Of a stretch of DNA of 64,000 bases, positions 60,101-64,000 are shown one piece after another (position 1 is the stretch's first letter; each line of letters opens with the position of its first letter). Origin of the DNA: Harriotta raleighana (Eukaryota); contig JBNZDD010013718.1 in NCBI GenBank assembly GCA_050575255.1, positions 1,496,429 to 1,560,428 on the forward strand. The letters run 5' to 3'. The translations under genes were made by a program, and so were the position numbers. The notes under the pieces are model-generated. The model was not told the origin of the DNA, ran no database searches, and worked only from the letters and a program-made list of their open reading frames with translations.

Positions 60101-63100
60101 GTATTTCTGAAGTGATCTTCCTGGCAGCACTGACCAAATCTCTAATGGAGAGGATATGAGTGGGACAGTTCTGCTTCTCTAATTGATGATGGCACTGTTA
60201 GGACTGGCAAGCATTTTGGCAACAAATATTTTTTTTGTTCCTCTTGCCAATTCTTTTTTGCCAATTTTTTTCTCTCTTCACCTAATGCCATTTCTTCTTC
60301 TTCTGGGGTACTGTTCCACAAGTATAAAGATCTGTCAGGCTGAGAATTAATTGTAAGATTTGATTTGTTGAATTGCTATCTTAATATCCTTGCAGTTTTA
60401 ATGTTTCACAATTGTAACTAGATTATTTGCCCCCTGGTATTCTACGAAAGCACAGACAGCAGTTGTTGTTAGTCATAGGTGAGAGATGGCAGTAGTATCA
60501 TCTGCCTTTTAATGGCTGCACATTTCAAATAAAAATCTCTGCTGTGAGAACATTTTCTCCAGTTAGGATTCCCAGCTTTAATAATTTCTTCTTGCATCTC
60601 AGATTTTTATCCTTAATCATTGGTACCTTTGCTCTCGTCTTTAATGTCCAAAACTAATGTAATGACCAGGATTGTAAATGGCACTCCAGGTGTAGTTAGA
60701 TATTTGCTCAGTATAGATTCAAAACTGCTTCCTGCAACTTGTATTTTATCCCTTCAGGTACATATAAAGAAATATAACCTGTAGGTAGATATACAACGAA
60801 CATTGTAATATCAACAGATTACCAGGATATGTGCAGTGACTTCTTTATTGCAGAAATTTATTTATGCTATTGGAAAGAAGCTGAACTGCTTTTAGTTCAA
60901 GGTTAATTCCATACCATTTTGGTGTAATGATTTGAGTGAATCCACAACATTTATCTACATCTTACTTAGTGATTCTCGGCATCCAGCTTGAATGGCATCA
61001 CTGGCAGGAAATTTGCTATACAGGCTTTTTTTTAACAAAAAATCATTAAGTGAACACTTGTACATATAATTTGCAAGTTTCAACTGCAAGTCTCTTTTCA
61101 GTTTAACTGTTGGGTTACTGGCTTCTGTTTGTCTTGATGCTGGTTTGAAATTGCACCAATCCAATATGCATTAGATACAATCTGGTGCACTTTTGAGGTT
61201 TAAGCATATTGGACTATGTTTCAATCAGATATACCACTTGGCTGATGTTGCAAATTTGAAAGTGGGCATGAAGCAAGCCAACCTATAAGTTAAAAAAAAT
61301 TTAGTTGAGTTCTTCAACTGCGATAGATATTAGTGGTAGAGTGCTAAATGCAATTTGGGGCAATTTAAAATCTCAGGATTTCTTTTCTGAATCCTAACTA
61401 AATCAGGCAATATAACTTGCAAACACAATTAAGTAAAATTCTACTTCACCAACAGTTAACCGTTTGATCTAATTTCCTGGCTATGAGAAGTGCTATTTCA
61501 AGATTTTACTCTCCCCACTTTGAACTTCAAAAGGAAAATCAAACAGGCGCCTGGTGATAAAGTCATTATATGGAAAACATGCAGATGCAATTTGATTTGT
61601 GGGATAAAATCTTTTAAGGCATAGAATGCACATTTCAATTCATTAGACAAAAACTATGATCTAAATTGTTTCACCCACCCCCACTCCCCTATTGATGTTC
61701 CTCAGTGCTAAGAATCAGATACTCCTGCATGCTTCAGCCTATAGTTTTTCTGTTAACTTGGAGAGAATTCTTTTCATTTTGGATTTAATAGAATAGAGGG
61801 AATATTTTGAGCTGCAGACTGAATTTTTCTTTGATAAGAGAATAAAACGTCAATTTGTGTAGGTAAAAGATGACTAACTTGTGGCTTTTTAACCAAACTT
61901 TTTGTCAACTGTTCATCACTCTTGCCCTGAATATTTTTTGCTAATTTGCATTGGCACAAAAACGTCTGTCAAAGGTCGATCTGACAGATTCACATTCTGA
62001 AAAATGTACCACAAGTTGCTTTGTAACTGCACTGATGCCAGTGCTTGTAGCATTTTCAGACAAAATGGAGAACATTCAAATTGGGAAGAGGAAGTAATTC
62101 TTGGCACGTTTATACAGTAAATATTTGGTTTGCTCAGCTCCGTATCAGTATGAACTCAGTATGACCAATGTATAGGTGACCAAACTACACTTGCAGCTCT
62201 AAAGTGACTGTATGGTTTTTTCAGTATTTTGTTAACTGAAATATTGCTTTTTAGCTGTTTTTTTAAGAAGGATTATGGGGTCCTTGTATTTACAGCCATC
62301 ATTTTGTATCAGAAGACAAAATCTGAGGTTGTAGTAGTGCTCTGCCAAGTGAATGCTGTGTAATCCCCTATTTGGATACTGCACCTACCATGTGGCAATG
62401 AAGAATGAATTTCAGAAATGTAGAACTGGCCTATTTTCATGGCCCAGGAAAAAAAAACTGTATATAATAGCTGTTAAAGGAGGTGGGGGGGGTGGGGGGA
62501 ATCAACTTGCATGATGGCACATCTTTCCAAGGTGCATGAGCTGTAGAGTGATTATGAAAAAAGGAGGCTGGTTAGTTACATGAAGCTTCAGAATAGACTG
62601 CAATTGATGGGGGGGGGGGTTAAATGGTTTTGCTCCCAGCAATAAAGCGAGTAGTAGTGCTACTGCTCATTTTAATTGCACAGAAACACTGGAGTCTAAA
62701 ATAAGGTTTTCTGATGGGGTTTCCGGATAAGGATTCATTCACTTGAATGGAGTGGGGAAGTAAGTTGTTGTGACCAGTGCAAACACCTCTCAAGTTCCAT
62801 TTGAAGCAGATACTTTGCTGACCTTTCTGGAACAGAGATTGCATGTCATTGGGATTAGGAAATGCATTAGAAATCCTGCATTTTAGACCCATATGGCCCT
62901 TTTCTGAGTTGGCAATTCTCCTGAAGTTTCTTTTTTGAAAGTTGCCTGGCTGTATAGATGGTTTACTTGCCCCCACCTCCTTCTTGAAGCAGTCTTTCAT
63001 TGCCATTGGGTGAATGTCTTGTGACCGTTTGCAGAGTTGTACTTTCAAACTTGGTACCAATGCTTTTTATTCATTGCAGCTTTTTGAGTAAGTTTCCAAT

Positions 63101-64000
63101 TCCTGTGTCGGGCAGGAGAAACACAAAAGGAAATAATGGTAGAGCTGTGATCTGAAAGGCCAAGTCCCTGTTGTGCAATGAGCTAAGGAAACAGTTTTTT
63201 TGAATCTTGCAGGAATTTAACTTAGCCATTATTACAACTGCTAAAACTGGTTACTTAACGTTTTGTGGGGGGGAAAATTGAATTGTGCAGAATGGATATG
63301 GATTATTGCAACACTGAAGGGAGATAGGGAATACAGTAAAGAAGCAATCCATTAGAATTAAACACTGTGGCTGCACTATGGGTATTCTTCAATCCTGCAA
63401 GCTATAGCCGTAATTGCTGTAGATTGTTCAATTTTGTGATAATCAGATGAGTATCTATGCCAAAAGTTCCTCTTCCAAGGTATTTCGAAAGTGTCATAAT
63501 TTGATCACTTAAATTTGAACAATGAAAATTCACTATCAAATCCATTTATTTAAGTATCTTCTGGGGCTAATGGTCGAATTCCCAAAACCTATTCTGGTTT
63601 GAAAATGAGTGGTTAAAACAGTCTTAACCCAAAATATAGTGTAGTATTTTCAACATGCTAGTTTCTAAATTGTGGAGACAGATTATACTTGGATAGATTT
63701 TGCCTGCCCTTTTCTCAGTGATCAGATTGCTTCATAAAACCGGTCCCAGGTGTGAACAGCACATTATGGTAATTGCTTGACTGCCAAATGCATCCCTATG
63801 ATGAATTAGCTTTCTGCAGTGCATGTGTTCACTTGGGACAGTGTTTTACTGGAAGCACTACCAGTGGTGCAGTCACCAGACAAACTGTCGCCATTCATCT
63901 GAAAAAGCAAAGTAGTGTTCCCTGAATGTTTTTAATAACACTGCTGTATTGCATGCAGATAACTGAGTTTGCGAATGAATAATACCATTTTTAAAAATTG

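Overview
Vertebrate nuclear genomic DNA. The repeat landscape and compact introns suggest a cartilaginous fish, possibly a holocephalan such as Callorhinchus; this is inference only. The window holds the conserved SLTM-MINDY2-ADAM10 synteny block. It contains the last three coding exons of SLTM (+, stop at 2907-2909) and a complete 9-exon MINDY2/FAM63B deubiquitinase gene (-, 28530 to 7907, 568 aa, all splice phases consistent). It also contains the first two coding exons of ADAM10 (+, 33767-33854 and 47825-47975), head-to-head with MINDY2; I did not find ADAM10 exon 3 in the window. Non-coding DNA carries a young tRNA-derived SINE family, older Deu-domain SINEs, L2/CR1 LINE remnants, ~60-nt tail-only retro-insertions, TA-flanked Tc1/mariner (pogo/Tigger-like) MITEs, small hAT-like MITEs, simple repeats and several assembly gaps or artefacts. 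I see no CRISPR array, rRNA or genuine tRNA gene, and nothing I can defend as a wholly new biological system. The best leads are three retroelement 3' tails sharing one covarying stem-loop, two of which recur as uniform ~60-nt insertions, an in-frame strong-Kozak uORF ahead of MINDY2, a three-level nested transposon, and an ancient SINE-like relic in ADAM10 intron 2. Comparisons with human proteins and repeat consensuses are from memory and need database confirmation.
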